Shown here: in pieces, positions 10,672 to 25,594 of the stretch
Numbering within the stretch: the stretch's first letter is position 1
Layout: the number at the start of each line of letters is the position of its first letter
DNA from: Escherichia coli
GTDB taxonomy: Bacteria > Pseudomonadota > Gammaproteobacteria > Enterobacterales > Enterobacteriaceae
NCBI RefSeq assembly: GCF_029227855.1
Contig: NZ_CP074356.1
Strand: one strand, 5' to 3'
Length of the DNA stretch: 64,000 bases
Notes under the pieces: generated by a model
What the model saw: only the letters and a program-made list of their open reading frames with translations
Database searches by the model: none
What the model was told of the DNA's origin: nothing
Translations under genes and position numbers: made by a program

Positions 10672-11592
10672 TTACCCCTTGCCTTTTACACTGCTGATAA
10701 AGGTGGAACGGGCAGATGTCGATCCCAGGCGTTCAGCTTCATCAAGCAGTTTTAACGCCTTATCAACATCACCTTTCGCGACAGCGTTTTTGATCGCGGT
10801 ATTAAAATAACTTTCCGTGTCGTTGAGCATCGGCTCGCTTTTCTTCACCGGTGCCGGAGCGGGTGCAGCCACAGCTGGTGCCGCCGTGTTACCTACCGTA
10901 ACCGGAGCTGGAGCGGAAGAACCAAATAAAGGTCCTACCAACACGCTGGAGCTGGAGTTCGTTTTCACTTTCAGTTTCAGTAAGCCATCGGTGGTATGAC
11001 GAGCAACCGGATCGGGGATATCCGGGATCGAGTTACCGACGCCCTTGGCATAGGCTTTAGCCGGGTCGAGCAGTTGGGTCGTCTGCTGGAGATCTTTTTC
11101 CGTGGTAAAGACCAGAACATAAAGTTTTTGCTGCCCCAACGCCGGTGTCAGGCGCATAACGCCTTCCAGCCGATCTGCACTCATCACGCCTGGTTCCTGG
11201 TAGGTGAAATAACTGCTGGGGAAGAAGGCTGATGGGGTCATGTTCTGATCAAGAATCAGCACGTTCGGCGCAAAAACGCTGGTTTGTTTGTTCACTTCGC
11301 TGGTCAGCGTCAGGGTCAGTTCGCCAATGTTTGCCGGGACGCTGTACGCAGCAACCGGACCACTGATGCCGGGAACGTTCAGTTGTTGGCCGCCGGTCGC
11401 CAGTTGGGTGGTCTGGGTTTTAGATTGATCGACCGGTGTCCAGGTGAGTTGTTGCAGCGCAGCAGATGGAATGGCTGGCGCGTCGCTGGTGTTTTGCGGT
11501 ACGTAGTTAACATCGGCAAGGCTGATTCCAGGCGCGCTTGCCAGTAACCCTGCTGATAAACAGAGGGCGATGAGACTTTTATTCATTTTCAT
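10672..11592 (-). CDS. malM: Maltose regulon periplasmic protein MalM
   Basis: ORF 10672..11601; MKMNKSLIALCLSAGLLASAPGISLA signal peptide; last gene of malK-lamB-malM. Confidence 0.93.
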   Translation of the reverse strand: MKMNKSLIALCLSAGLLASAPGISLADVNYVPQNTSDAPAIPSAALQQLTWTPVDQSKTQTTQLATGGQQLNVPGISGPVAAYSVPANIGELTLTLTSEVNKQTSVFAPNVLILDQNMTPSAFFPSSYFTYQEPGVMSADRLEGVMRLTPALGQQKLYVLVFTTEKDLQQTTQLLDPAKAYAKGVGNSIPDIPDPVARHTTDGLLKLKVKTNSSSSVLVGPLFGSSAPAPVTVGNTAAPAVAAPAPAPVKKSEPMLNDTESYFNTAIKNAVAKGDVDKALKLLDEAERLGSTSARSTFISSVKGKG

Positions 11593-11700
11593 TGTTTTCA
11601 CCTCAAAATCTGGAGCTCAGCGGTAGCCAGGCAATAGCGCGCTAAACCCGATAATCAGAGGGGCTTTCGCCCCTTTCAGATAATGACAACCTGTTTTTAT

Positions 11701-11822
<122 letters not shown>

Positions 11823-11834
11823 CAGGTTTTGCTA

Positions 11835-13205
<1,371 letters not shown>

Positions 13206-13246
13206 TCACATCACCTGTGACAGGCTTTGTGTGTTTTGTGGGGTGC

Positions 13247-14362
13247 TTAAACGCCCGGCTCCTTATGCAGTCGACGACATGCAGTGCCATCCTCACGGAA
13301 CAGATGGCAACGCTCTGGCGGCAGGCCGATAGCGAATGTGGCACCTTCTTCTACCAACACCACGTCGTTCTGGCGGTACACCAGGTTTTGACGAATGGAA
13401 GGGATCTGGATATGGATTTGGGTTTCGTTGCCGAGTTGCTCGACGACCTGAACTTCACCCTCAAGGATGACGTCAGCGATATCACTCGGCAGTAGATGTT
13501 CCGGGCGAATACCCAGCGACATATTGGCTCCAACCTGGACATCACGGCTTTCAACTGGCAGCCAGACTTGCTGACGATTTGGCATCGGCAGCTCCACCTG
13601 CACTTGATCGATTGCGGTGGCGGTCACTTTTACCGGCAGGAAGTTCATCTTTGGCGAACCGATAAATCCGGCGACAAAACGGTCTGCCGGATAGTGGTAC
13701 AGCTCCAGCGGTTTCCCAACCTGCGCCACGCGACCGGCGTCCAGCACCACGATTTTGTCGGCCAGCGTCATCGCTTCGACCTGATCGTGGGTGACGTAAA
13801 TCATTGTGCGGCCCAGGCGTTTATGCAGACGGGAGATTTCGATACGCATTTGCACACGCAGTGCAGCATCGAGGTTGGAGAGCGGTTCATCGAGCAAAAA
13901 TACGCTTGGCTCGGCCACCAGCGTACGGCCAATCGCCACACGCTGACGCTGACCGCCAGAGAGCGCTTTCGGTTTGCGATCCAGCAAATGCGCCAGTTGC
14001 AGCACTTCCGCCACCTGGTTAACGCGTTGGTTAATCACCTCTTTTTTTGCGCCAGCCAGTTTCAGGCCAAATGACATGTTTTCTGCTACTGACAGGTGGG
14101 GATAGAGCGCGTAAGACTGAAACACCATACCAACGCCGCGTTCTGCTGGCGGAGTGTCATTCATCCGTTTCTCACCGATGAACAGGTCGCCGCTGGTGAT
14201 CGTCTCAAGCCCGGCAATCATGCGCAGTAAAGTCGATTTACCGCAGCCAGACGGTCCGACAAACACCACGAATTCACCTTCATGGATATCGAGATTGATA
14301 TCTTTCGATACCACGACCTCGCCCCAGGCTTTCGTTACATTTTGCAGCTGTACGCTCGCCAT
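13247..14362 (-). CDS. malK: Maltose ABC transporter ATPase
   Basis: Internal Met [44 protein letters not shown] (Walker A) of ORF 13247..14452; LSGGQ signature present. Confidence 0.95.
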   Translation of the reverse strand: MASVQLQNVTKAWGEVVVSKDINLDIHEGEFVVFVGPSGCGKSTLLRMIAGLETITSGDLFIGEKRMNDTPPAERGVGMVFQSYALYPHLSVAENMSFGLKLAGAKKEVINQRVNQVAEVLQLAHLLDRKPKALSGGQRQRVAIGRTLVAEPSVFLLDEPLSNLDAALRVQMRIEISRLHKRLGRTMIYVTHDQVEAMTLADKIVVLDAGRVAQVGKPLELYHYPADRFVAGFIGSPKMNFLPVKVTATAIDQVQVELPMPNRQQVWLPVESRDVQVGANMSLGIRPEHLLPSDIADVILEGEVQVVEQLGNETQIHIQIPSIRQNLVYRQNDVVLVEEGATFAIGLPPERCHLFREDGTACRRLHKEPGV

Positions 14363-15917
<1,555 letters not shown>

Positions 15918-15927
15918 TGCTGTGAAA

Positions 15928-16048
15928 TGCCGGATGCGGCGTGAACGCCTTGTCCGGCCTACAAAACTGAAACGCATGTAGGCCTGATAAGACGCATCAG
16001 TGTCGCATCAGGCAGTTGTTGTCGGATAAGGCGTGAAAGCCTTATCCG
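15928..16048. repeat. REP/BIME elements in the malE-malF intergenic region
   Basis: gccggatgcggcgtgaacgccttgtccggcctaca and inverted copies read directly. Confidence 0.8.
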
Positions 16049-16070
16049 TCCTGGAATGAGGAAGAACCCC

Positions 16071-17615
16071 ATGGATGTCATTAAAAAGAAACATTGGTGG
16101 CAAAGCGACGCGCTGAAATGGTCAGTGCTAGGTCTGCTCGGCCTGCTGGTGGGTTACCTTGTTGTTTTAATGTACGCACAAGGGGAATACCTGTTCGCCA
16201 TTACCACGCTGATATTGAGTTCAGCGGGGCTGTATATTTTCGCCAATCGTAAAGCCTACGCCTGGCGCTATGTTTACCCGGGAATGGCTGGAATGGGATT
16301 ATTCGTCCTCTTCCCTCTGGTCTGCACCATCGCCATTGCCTTCACCAACTACAGCAGCACTAACCAGCTGACTTTTGAACGTGCGCAGGAAGTGTTGTTA
16401 GATCGCTCCTGGCAAGCAGGCAAAACCTATAACTTTGGTCTTTACCCGGCGGGCGATGAGTGGCAACTGGCGCTCAGCGACGGCGAAACCGGCAAAAATT
16501 ACCTCTCCGACGCGTTTAAATTTGGCGGCGAGCAAAAACTGCAACTGAAAGAAACGACCGCCCAGCCCGAAGGCGAACGCGCGAATCTGCGCGTGATTAC
16601 CCAGAATCGTCAGGCGCTGAGTGACATTACCGCCATTCTGCCGGATGGCAACAAAGTGATGATGAGCTCCCTGCGCCAGTTTTCTGGCACGCAGCCGCTC
16701 TACACACTCGACGGTGACGGCACGTTGACGAATAATCAGAGCGGCGTGAAATATCGTCCGAATAACCAAATTGGCTTTTACCAGTCCATTACCGCCGACG
16801 GCAACTGGGGTGATGAAAAGCTAAGCCCCGGTTACACCGTGACCACCGGCTGGAAAAACTTTACCCGCGTCTTTACCGACGAAGGCATTCAGAAACCGTT
16901 CCTCGCCATTTTCGTCTGGACCGTGGTGTTCTCGCTGATCACTGTCTTTTTAACGGTGGCGGTCGGCATGGTTCTGGCATGTCTGGTGCAGTGGGAAGCG
17001 TTGCGCGGCAAAGCGGTCTATCGCGTCCTGCTGATTCTGCCCTACGCGGTGCCATCGTTCATTTCAATCTTGATTTTCAAAGGATTGTTTAACCAGAGCT
17101 TCGGTGAAATCAACATGATGTTGAGCGCGCTGTTTGGCGTGAAGCCCGCCTGGTTCAGCGATCCGACCACCGCCCGCACGATGCTGATTATCGTCAATAC
17201 CTGGCTGGGTTATCCGTACATGATGATCCTCTGCATGGGCTTGCTGAAAGCGATTCCGGACGATTTGTATGAAGCCTCAGCAATGGATGGCGCAGGTCCG
17301 TTCCAGAACTTCTTTAAGATTACGCTGCCGCTGCTGATTAAACCGCTGACGCCGCTGATGATCGCCAGCTTCGCCTTTAACTTTAACAACTTCGTGCTGA
17401 TTCAGCTGTTAACCAACGGCGGCCCGGATCGTCTTGGCACGACCACGCCAGCCGGTTATACCGACCTGCTTGTTAACTACACCTACCGTATCGCTTTTGA
17501 AGGCGGCGGGGGTCAGGACTTCGGTCTGGCGGCAGCAATTGCCACGCTGATCTTCCTGCTGGTGGGTGCGCTGGCGATAGTGAACCTGAAAGCCACGCGA
17601 ATGAAGTTTGATTAA
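16071..17615 (+). CDS. malF: Maltose ABC transporter permease MalF
   Basis: Internal Met [26 protein letters not shown]... of ORF 16056..17615. Confidence 0.95.
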
Positions 17616-17629
17616 GGGAGATAACAAAA

Positions 17630-18520
17630 ATGGCAATGGTCCAACCGAAATCGCAAAAAGCACGTTTGTTTATTACTCACCTGCTACTGCTACTTTTTAT
17701 CGCGGCGATTATGTTCCCGCTGCTGATGGTCGTCGCTATCTCGCTGCGTCAGGGAAACTTCGCGACCGGTAGCCTGATCCCGGAGCAAATCTCCTGGGAT
17801 CACTGGAAACTGGCGTTAGGTTTTAGCGTTGAACAGGCTGATGGTCGCATTACGCCACCGCCATTCCCGGTACTGCTGTGGCTGTGGAACTCGGTAAAGG
17901 TCGCCGGGATTTCCGCGATTGGCATTGTGGCGCTCTCCACCACCTGCGCCTACGCTTTCGCCCGTATGCGCTTTCCAGGCAAAGCGACGCTGCTGAAAGG
18001 AATGCTGATTTTCCAGATGTTCCCGGCAGTACTTTCACTGGTCGCGTTGTATGCGTTGTTTGATCGTCTGGGTGAGTACATTCCATTCATTGGTCTGAAT
18101 ACTCATGGCGGCGTAATTTTCGCGTATCTGGGTGGGATTGCGCTGCATGTCTGGACCATCAAAGGCTATTTCGAAACCATCGACAGTTCGCTGGAAGAAG
18201 CGGCGGCGCTGGATGGTGCGACACCGTGGCAGGCCTTCCGCCTTGTCCTGTTGCCGCTGTCAGTACCGATTCTGGCGGTGGTGTTCATCCTGTCGTTTAT
18301 CGCTGCCATTACTGAAGTTCCGGTCGCGTCGCTGTTACTGCGTGACGTAAATAGCTACACCCTGGCCGTGGGGATGCAGCAATACCTCAACCCGCAAAAC
18401 TACCTGTGGGGTGACTTTGCCGCCGCTGCCGTGATGTCTGCATTACCGATCACCATCGTCTTCTTGCTGGCTCAACGCTGGCTGGTCAACGGCCTGACGG
18501 CAGGTGGTGTGAAAGGTTAA
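17630..18520 (+). CDS. malG: Maltose ABC transporter permease MalG
   Basis: 296 aa [42 protein letters not shown]... Confidence 0.97.
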
Positions 18521-18590
18521 AGATGTTGTTCTGCCAATGTTATGCCGCTGCACCCTCAACTTACGTTATCCCAACTTGTGACTATTATTC

Positions 18591-18615
18591 GGCGCTCCAC
18601 GGAGCGCCTTTTTTT
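18591..18615 (+). terminator. Intrinsic terminator of malEFG
   Basis: ggcgctccacggagcgcc followed by ttttttt. Confidence 0.75.
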
Positions 18616-18891
18616 CTTTCGTCTGCAATCTGAATCGTTCGCCGGTTAATATTCCCATCATAGAACTTATTATTTTTACGTTATTTGTTTTCCCACTTAC
18701 GATAATTCTCTTTCGTGCTCTGAATCACGGCAATAGTATTGTTTTTATCAATTTTGGATAATTATCACAATTAAGATCACAGAAAAGACATTACGTAAAC
18801 GCATTGTAAAAAATGATAATTGCCTTAACTGCCTGACAATTCCAACATCAATGCACTGATAAAAGATCAGAATGATCTAAGGCAGGTCTGA

Positions 18892-20367
18892 ATGAATACC
18901 CAGTATAATTCCAGTTATATATTTTCGATTACCTTAGTCGCTACATTAGGTGGTTTATTATTTGGCTACGACACCGCCGTTATTTCCGGTACTGTTGAGT
19001 CACTCAATACCGTCTTTGTTGCTCCACAAAACTTAAGTGAATCCGCTGCCAACTCCCTGTTAGGATTTTGCGTAGCCAGCGCTCTGATTGGTTGCATCAT
19101 CGGCGGTGCCCTCGGTGGTTATTGCAGTAACCGCTTCGGCCGTCGTGATTCACTTAAGATTGCTGCTGTCCTGTTTTTTATTTCTGGTGTAGGTTCTGCC
19201 TGGCCAGAACTTGGTTTTACCTCTATAAACCCGGACAACACAGTCCCTATTTATCTGGCAGGTTATGTCCCGGAATTTGTTATTTATCGTATTATTGGCG
19301 GTATTGGCGTTGGTTTAGCCTCAATGCTTTCACCAATGTATATTGCGGAACTGGCTCCAGCTCATATTCGCGGAAAACTGGTTTCATTTAACCAGTTTGC
19401 GATTATTTTCGGGCAACTTTTAGTTTACTGCGTAAACTATTTTATTGCCCGTTCCGGTGATGCCAGCTGGCTGAATACTGACGGCTGGCGTTATATGTTT
19501 GCCTCGGAATGTATCCCTGCACTGCTGTTCTTAATGCTGCTGTATACCGTGCCAGAAAGTCCTCGCTGGCTGATGTCACGCGGCAAGCAAGAACAGGCGG
19601 AAAGTATCCTGCGCAAAATTATGGGCAACACGCTTGCAACTCAGGCAGTACAGGAAATTAAACACTCCCTGGATCATGGCCGCAAAACCGGTGGTCGTCT
19701 GCTGATGTTTGGCGTGGGCGTGATTGTAATCGGCGTTATGCTCTCCATCTTCCAGCAATTTGTCGGCATCAATGTGGTGTTGTACTACGCGCCGGAAGTG
19801 TTCAAAACGCTGGGGGCCAGCACGGATATCGCGCTGTTGCAGACCATTATTGTCGGAGTTATCAACCTCACCTTCACCGTTCTGGCAATTATGACGGTGG
19901 ATAAATTTGGTCGTAAGCCACTGCAAATTATCGGCGCGCTCGGAATGGCAATCGGTATGTTTAGCCTCGGTACCGCGTTTTACACTCAGGCACCGGGTAT
20001 TGTGGCGCTACTGTCGATGCTGTTCTATGTTGCCGCCTTTGCCATGTCCTGGGGTCCGGTATGCTGGGTTCTGCTGTCGGAAATCTTCCCGAATGCCATT
20101 CGTGGTAAAGCGCTGGCAATCGCGGTGGCGGCCCAGTGGCTGGCGAACTACTTCGTCTCCTGGACCTTCCCGATGATGGACAAAAACTCCTGGCTGGTGG
20201 CCCATTTCCACAACGGTTTCTCCTACTGGATTTACGGGTGTATGGGCGTTCTGGCAGCACTATTTATGTGGAAATTTGTCCCGGAAACCAAAGGTAAAAC
20301 CCTTGAGGAGCTGGAAGCCCTCTGGGAACCGGAAACGAAGAAAACACAACAAACTGCTACGCTGTAA
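18892..20367 (+). CDS. xylE: D-xylose:proton symporter (MFS)
   Basis: 491 aa ORF MNTQYNSSYIFSITLVATLGGLLFGYDTAVISG...; sugar-porter signatures. Confidence 0.97.
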   Translation: MNTQYNSSYIFSITLVATLGGLLFGYDTAVISGTVESLNTVFVAPQNLSESAANSLLGFCVASALIGCIIGGALGGYCSNRFGRRDSLKIAAVLFFISGVGSAWPELGFTSINPDNTVPIYLAGYVPEFVIYRIIGGIGVGLASMLSPMYIAELAPAHIRGKLVSFNQFAIIFGQLLVYCVNYFIARSGDASWLNTDGWRYMFASECIPALLFLMLLYTVPESPRWLMSRGKQEQAESILRKIMGNTLATQAVQEIKHSLDHGRKTGGRLLMFGVGVIVIGVMLSIFQQFVGINVVLYYAPEVFKTLGASTDIALLQTIIVGVINLTFTVLAIMTVDKFGRKPLQIIGALGMAIGMFSLGTAFYTQAPGIVALLSMLFYVAAFAMSWGPVCWVLLSEIFPNAIRGKALAIAVAAQWLANYFVSWTFPMMDKNSWLVAHFHNGFSYWIYGCMGVLAALFMWKFVPETKGKTLEELEALWEPETKKTQQTATL

Positions 20368-20377
20368 TCTTCCTGTC

Positions 20378-20412
20378 CAGCACGCCGCGCCAGTTCGGCG
20401 TGCTGTCTTTTT
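20378..20412 (+). terminator. Hairpin plus T-run after xylE, overlapping the psiE stop; likely terminator for the convergent pair
   Basis: cagcacgccgcgccagttcggcgtgctg followed by tcttttt. Confidence 0.55.
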
Positions 20413-20821
20413 ACTCCCGCTTCAGCCGTTTCGAATTACACAACCACAGAGTGATCACCAGTAACAGGATCGCAGCCGAGTAGATCAACACATCCAGTGG
20501 CGATTTATGATCGACGATGATCAAGCGCACAATGGCGGTGATCCCAATATAGACAAAGTAACGTAGCGGGAAGTGAAAACCGGACTGAAAGTATTTCACA
20601 ATCAGCGCGATAAATTCGAAATAGAGAAAGTAAACCACCAGTCCTTCTACCAGCTCATATTTGCTGGTTTGTTCTGGCGCGAACAGCACATCTGCCAGAT
20701 GCACCGTTTCTTTGCCGAGGAAGACAACCAAAATCAGGCCGAGGCACAACAGGCCAAGATTGAGTACGGTCTGCAAAATGGTGGAGATAAACTCCACGCG
20801 CGGACGAGAGAGTGACGTCAT
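20411..20821 (-). CDS. psiE: Phosphate-starvation-inducible inner-membrane protein PsiE
   Basis: 136 aa [48 protein letters not shown]... Confidence 0.95.
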
Positions 20822-21090
20822 AGCAGTACCTCCTTCACAGTGGCGAGCTTCCTGTATAACGCAAAAATGTGACGGAGATCTATATTTTTTGTGTATGTTT
20901 TGTTCAACCTGGATTTGGAGCGCGCCTCCACCAAAGCCGGATATACCTACCCGTAGGCCGGATAAGCCGCGCCTGGCGGCGCATCCGGCAAGACAAACCG
21001 CACCAAAGCCGGTAATTCAAAAATCACCCATTCAGGTGATTCCCAGCCACCAGCAATGCGCGAAAAATCGACCATGTTCCTCTGGAACAA

Positions 21091-21369
21091 ATGAAACGTA
21101 ACCTGATAAAGGTGGTAAAAATGAAGCCTTATTTTGCTGCTTTGATGTTATCAGTCTCTGTTCTTCCTGCTTATGCTGGTCCGCTCGGTACTGCTGATAA
21201 AGCCGACCTACCGCAAAGCAATGTCTCCAGCCCAATGATGGCCCAGTCGCTCAGGCAACCAGATCTGCAACCGATATCGACGGACAGGAAGACAGAATGT
21301 TTTCGCCTTTACACACCAGATCGCAAACCGGGGGTGAACTGCGTTCCTGATGGCTCAACAGGCCATTAA
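21091..21369 (+). CDS. yjbT: Small putative secreted protein YjbT
   Basis: 92 aa ORF with a signal-peptide-like segment MKPYFAALMLSVSVLPAYAG; position between psiE and yjbH as in K-12. Confidence 0.75.
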   Translation: MKRNLIKVVKMKPYFAALMLSVSVLPAYAGPLGTADKADLPQSNVSSPMMAQSLRQPDLQPISTDRKTECFRLYTPDRKPGVNCVPDGSTGH

Positions 21370-21415
21370 GAATGAGGGTGCCAGTGATTGCGAAAACTGG
21401 CACCTTTCCCATGAC

Positions 21416-23512
21416 TTAGCGGAAATTGACGCTACGGTCGCTGGTCATGTCATACAACTGGAACTTACGCCCAAGTTGCTGACCACCGTCACGCGTCAGC
21501 GGCGTCCAGCCAATCGCCGCACGGCTGCGTGTCGGGCCAGACGAGAAGAGATCCAACGGTACCGAGACATACACGCCTTTGGTGAAGTCCCCTTCGCCGT
21601 ACTCCTCTTTCGAAACGTTGGTGATCGTGGCATAGCCGCCAACCACCACGCCGCTATCAAAGCGTTTGGCGATCTCCAGCGTGCCGCCTTTATCCCCTGC
21701 CAGATACTGCCCGACGCTGGCTTTCACCAACACGTCCTGGGCGAAAGATGGCGTCCAGTAGGCGGTCAGATGTCCGGTTTTCACGCTGTAGTCGGTGAAT
21801 TTCATCATATCTTTTGCACTACGCCAGTCGCGCTGTTTAACGTAGTTGGCATCCAGACCAAACGCCCAGTTACTGTCCAGCGGACGATACAACACTTCGG
21901 CCCCCGCACCGCCAAACATGGTTTCGAGATAACCTCCATAGACCTGACCGTAGAAGCCGTTGCCCAGATGCTGGAAGTAGTTGGCTTGCAGGTTATTCAC
22001 ATAGACATCGTTCTGCACATACTCGCGCACATGGGTACGAACGCGCGGTAAGTGCGAGTCCTGCGGCGGATTGGTGTAGTTAAACTTGTCGTAGTTGTTG
22101 GCAAGATTTGCAAACAGGCTGCCGGTGGTCAGCAGATGGTCCGTCAGCCACAAATCTGCCGTTCCCATCACGCCCAGCTGATACATGTAAAAGTTTTCCG
22201 GGCCACCGACCGACTGGTTCAGCACCGGATCGATGTGGAAATCAAAGCGTGATTTGTCGATATACCAGCCCTGCTCGGTGGACTGCGGAACCACTGGCTC
22301 GACGCGTTTTTGCGCCAGCTTCGTTTCGTGGCCCAACGGCTCTCCGGCGAGATGATTTTTCAGGCTGGCGACATCGGTTTCCGTCGTCACCTGCGGCATG
22401 TTAAAACGATTTTCCGTAATGCGGATCGTTTTGATCCCATCCGGCAGATCGTTCATCACGATCCGATTAGCACGGATGATCCCTTCGCGCGAATCACGAT
22501 ATTTCACCTGCTCGCCGGTGACATACAGCGTATCGCCTTTCGCCTGGATCTGCGGATCGGCAAGTCCGGCATTGTATTTCAACAGCGTTAACTGATTCGC
22601 CACCACCGAATGCTGCAAAATGGCATCCTGCGGCTGCGGTTGATATTGCGGGCGGGCGTTATCGTTGTAAGACGGGCGCAGATCGTTAAAGTTGGTGCGC
22701 AGCGTGACGCCAAACATAAAGGTGTTGCCACGTTCATAGCTAAGGTTAACGTCGGCCCAATCGGTAACGCGATAAATCGCACCGACGTTAAACTTACTTT
22801 TTTGCTCCAGCTTCCCGGCAAAATCCTGCTGATAATTATTGCCTTCATACTCCAGTTTCAGGCGCAGCGGTTGCCAGGGCGTCTGGTATTCCACGCCGCC
22901 AAACAGTGAGGCAGGACCGTGGAACATCTGGCTACCGTCGATAGATCCCGCCTGTTTGTAGCTGTTATCGCGATAGCAATATTTATCACTGGCTGAACAG
23001 AGCGGATTTTTTACATTACCGCTGGTGCCCAGATATCCCCAGCCCAGGCCGAGCGTAAAATCGAACGGCCCCCAGGCTTTGCTGGCAACAAGATATTCCG
23101 CATCAAACAGCCCCGTACCGCCGATATCCCGCGCACCAACCGCCACTTGCGGCAGCCAGTAACTCTCTTCCCACAAACGCAGTTTGAGATCGAAGGCTTT
23201 ATCTTTATACGTTTGATCGCCAGAGAACGCTTCGACGCTGCTGTACTGCCGGGTGCGCACGTCGGTGTAGCGCAGCGTTGTTTCCAGCCACGGGAAGAGT
23301 TGCACTGAAGCTGAGTAATAACGGTACTGATCGTTATCGCGATAGTTCAGACTCAACTCCCCTTCCCGTGCCATACGCGCGGTGGGAGTTTGTAATAATC
23401 CTACGCCACCGAAATCCGACTGCGACGGACCAATGGGCGCAGGATATGTTTCGCCGTAGCAAGCTGTGCTAATGCCCAGCGCCAGTAAGCTAAGCAGATG
23501 TCTTTTTTTCAT
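21416..23512 (-). CDS. yjbH: Outer-membrane lipoprotein YjbH of the yjbEFGH exopolysaccharide-associated operon
   Basis: 698 aa ORF; lipoprotein signal [18 protein letters not shown]; last gene of the operon. Confidence 0.92.
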   Translation of the reverse strand: MKKRHLLSLLALGISTACYGETYPAPIGPSQSDFGGVGLLQTPTARMAREGELSLNYRDNDQYRYYSASVQLFPWLETTLRYTDVRTRQYSSVEAFSGDQTYKDKAFDLKLRLWEESYWLPQVAVGARDIGGTGLFDAEYLVASKAWGPFDFTLGLGWGYLGTSGNVKNPLCSASDKYCYRDNSYKQAGSIDGSQMFHGPASLFGGVEYQTPWQPLRLKLEYEGNNYQQDFAGKLEQKSKFNVGAIYRVTDWADVNLSYERGNTFMFGVTLRTNFNDLRPSYNDNARPQYQPQPQDAILQHSVVANQLTLLKYNAGLADPQIQAKGDTLYVTGEQVKYRDSREGIIRANRIVMNDLPDGIKTIRITENRFNMPQVTTETDVASLKNHLAGEPLGHETKLAQKRVEPVVPQSTEQGWYIDKSRFDFHIDPVLNQSVGGPENFYMYQLGVMGTADLWLTDHLLTTGSLFANLANNYDKFNYTNPPQDSHLPRVRTHVREYVQNDVYVNNLQANYFQHLGNGFYGQVYGGYLETMFGGAGAEVLYRPLDSNWAFGLDANYVKQRDWRSAKDMMKFTDYSVKTGHLTAYWTPSFAQDVLVKASVGQYLAGDKGGTLEIAKRFDSGVVVGGYATITNVSKEEYGEGDFTKGVYVSVPLDLFSSGPTRSRAAIGWTPLTRDGGQQLGRKFQLYDMTSDRSVNFR

Positions 23513-24249
23513 TATTGAGGTATCCGCTGCGTCAGAGTCTGAAGAATGTCGGCGTTAAGGGCATCAGGCGTCTCACTCCAGACGGAGTCCGCGAGGCCAA
23601 CATAAATAATGCTGCCGGGCATCGGCTCTACGTGACGCTTGTTCCAGTAAGCCACCGGCGCTTTTTGCGTGCGTCCGTCCGGGTAAACCACCCACGCGTA
23701 GCTGCGATCCGCACCGCTAAGCAGGTTCTGCCCGGAGAGATAGCTCGCCACGTCGCGACCTGGAGTGAATGGCTGATTGCCAGGACGGCTGATAAGCCCG
23801 AACAGCGTGACCGTGGACGGTGGTGGCCCGACCCACAGCGTGTAGTTGCCCTGCAACGGTGGGTTACCGCGTTCGGCAACGCGCACAATATCAGGATCAA
23901 GATTGATTTTTTGCCTGCCCGTCACTTTCAACGCCTGAATTTGCTGGCGTAAGGCGTTAATGGCGGCGGCATCGTCGGCGCTGGAATCTGCAGCCTGTTC
24001 AGCCAGCCGTGTCAGCAACGCCTGCTGCTGACGCAATGCTGCCGCCGTTGCCAGCTCTTCGCTAATCACCGCACCGGGCCACCAGCTGTTTGCCAGCCGC
24101 GGTTGGCCTACCAGATCGATTAAATGCTCTGCACCCGTCAGCGTTTTGGCCTCACTGCTGCCATTGCTGAACACCTTGACGGTTCCTGCCGCGAAGACCG
24201 ATGACGCTCCCACACTCAAAAGCAACGCGACAATAGTTTGTTTAATCAT
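23512..24249 (-). CDS. yjbG: YjbG (yjbEFGH operon)
   Basis: 245 aa ORF with signal peptide; overlaps neighbouring genes by 1-4 nt (operon coupling). Confidence 0.92.
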   Translation of the reverse strand: MIKQTIVALLLSVGASSVFAAGTVKVFSNGSSEAKTLTGAEHLIDLVGQPRLANSWWPGAVISEELATAAALRQQQALLTRLAEQAADSSADDAAAINALRQQIQALKVTGRQKINLDPDIVRVAERGNPPLQGNYTLWVGPPPSTVTLFGLISRPGNQPFTPGRDVASYLSGQNLLSGADRSYAWVVYPDGRTQKAPVAYWNKRHVEPMPGSIIYVGLADSVWSETPDALNADILQTLTQRIPQ

Positions 24250-24884
24250 TGTTTTGCCGCCTTGATGAGAGTGGTTTTCACCGGGAAATAATCCGCGCCG
24301 AGATACTGTTCCGACTGGCGAATTTGCCCTTCGCTGTCGATCCAGTAGCGGTTATGCCAGCGCGCCTGGTCGGTGGAGACTTCTTCGTCCAGCACGCGAA
24401 CCGGGGTTTCATCGCTGCCGACCTTGACGGTATCGGTGCCATCCCATTTGAAGACTGAGCGTGCGGTGGCGTAGCGTACCTGCTGGTACTCGGTCCAGCC
24501 CATCGTGCGCGTCCATGTTGCACCATCAACAATTTGTGCGGGTTTAATCAGCGGGTCGGCGGCAAGGTTATTCACTTCAATCAGGTTGTCGCCGCCAAGC
24601 AAAGTCTTCACCAGACGACCATGTTGTGTGACAAGAGTGGCTTGATCCTGAGTGACCCATTTTTGTTGTCCGTCTTCAGCGAAGGCCAGCACCACAAACA
24701 ATTGCGGCCCGCCATTAAGCTGCATGTACTGGCTGGCGTAGGGCATATTTTGAATATCATCGTCCGTCAGCTGTACGCCTGGCGTGCCGAACAGACTGTC
24801 CCACAGTGAATTGCCCAGCTCTTTAGTCGTGGCTGAACAGGCCTGTAATAGCAGGCAGATAAGAATGAGTGCAGGTCGCTTCAC
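24246..24884 (-). CDS. yjbF: Lipoprotein YjbF (yjbEFGH operon); probable GTG start
   Basis: ORF 24246..24914; GTG at 24882-24884 gives MKRPALILICLLLQACS (lipobox) and the expected 212 aa length. Confidence 0.88.
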   Translation of the reverse strand: MKRPALILICLLLQACSATTKELGNSLWDSLFGTPGVQLTDDDIQNMPYASQYMQLNGGPQLFVVLAFAEDGQQKWVTQDQATLVTQHGRLVKTLLGGDNLIEVNNLAADPLIKPAQIVDGATWTRTMGWTEYQQVRYATARSVFKWDGTDTVKVGSDETPVRVLDEEVSTDQARWHNRYWIDSEGQIRQSEQYLGADYFPVKTTLIKAAKQ

Positions 24885-24997
24885 GACTCTTCTCCAGAGG
24901 GGCAGAATAACCACACCGGAGTGTGGTTATGGTAAATCCCTTCATACTTCAAGCCACAGATGCAATGACTCAAATTATTTTGGGGATACATACTTTA

Positions 24998-25240
24998 TTA
25001 CTGGGTACTGGTGGTCGTGGTTGTGGTGGTCCCGGTATTAGAACCATCACCGCCACCGGTTGCCGCGAGCGCGACACCCACCGCCGAGCTTACGGTGCTG
25101 ACGCTGGTCGCGGAGGAACTCCCCGCCGAAACCGACGTTGCTGCCGACCCTGCCGCTTCGCCCACCTGTACAGGTGCAGCCCACGCAGAAGTCGCCGCAA
25201 GCGCAGATATGGCAAAAATGCCATACAGAACTTTTTTCAT
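24998..25240 (-). CDS. yjbE: Small secreted Ser/Thr/Gly-rich protein YjbE
   Basis: 80 aa [43 protein letters not shown]...[10 protein letters not shown]. Confidence 0.9.
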
Positions 25241-25550
25241 AACAATTTCCCTTCATTGAATGAATGGAGATTTACCCAAAAACATTTCGGGCGGGATCGA
25301 GTATACACAACTAAAGCATGCGAATTACGGCGCGGGGAATTAGAGATGGGGTTTTAGGATAATTGGAATGAATATCAAATATAAGCTACAACTTATATAT
25401 AAATAACATTAAAAATCATAATGTTAAAATAAAAGTAAAAGTAATTAATCTGAGTATTTTCCGAAATCAATCACGATTAAAAATCTATTTTAGGATTAAC
25501 CTCACGGTATGATTTCCGTTAAATCACAGACAAGGGGATTTATCTGATAA

Positions 25551-25579
25551 AACAATGCCGACATAACGTCGGCATTGTT
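25551..25579 (-). terminator. Intrinsic terminator downstream of pgi
   Basis: Perfect hairpin aacaatgccgac-ataa-cgtcggcattgtt about 15 nt after the pgi stop. Confidence 0.6.
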
Positions 25580-25594
25580 ATTAAGGTTTTTAAA

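Noticed and set aside
11658-11677. Hairpin gaggggctttcgcccctttc downstream of lamB that might be an intra-operon terminator
   Set aside because: No adequate T-run on the minus (transcribed) strand, and malM is known to be cotranscribed; more likely an mRNA structure or REP-associated element.
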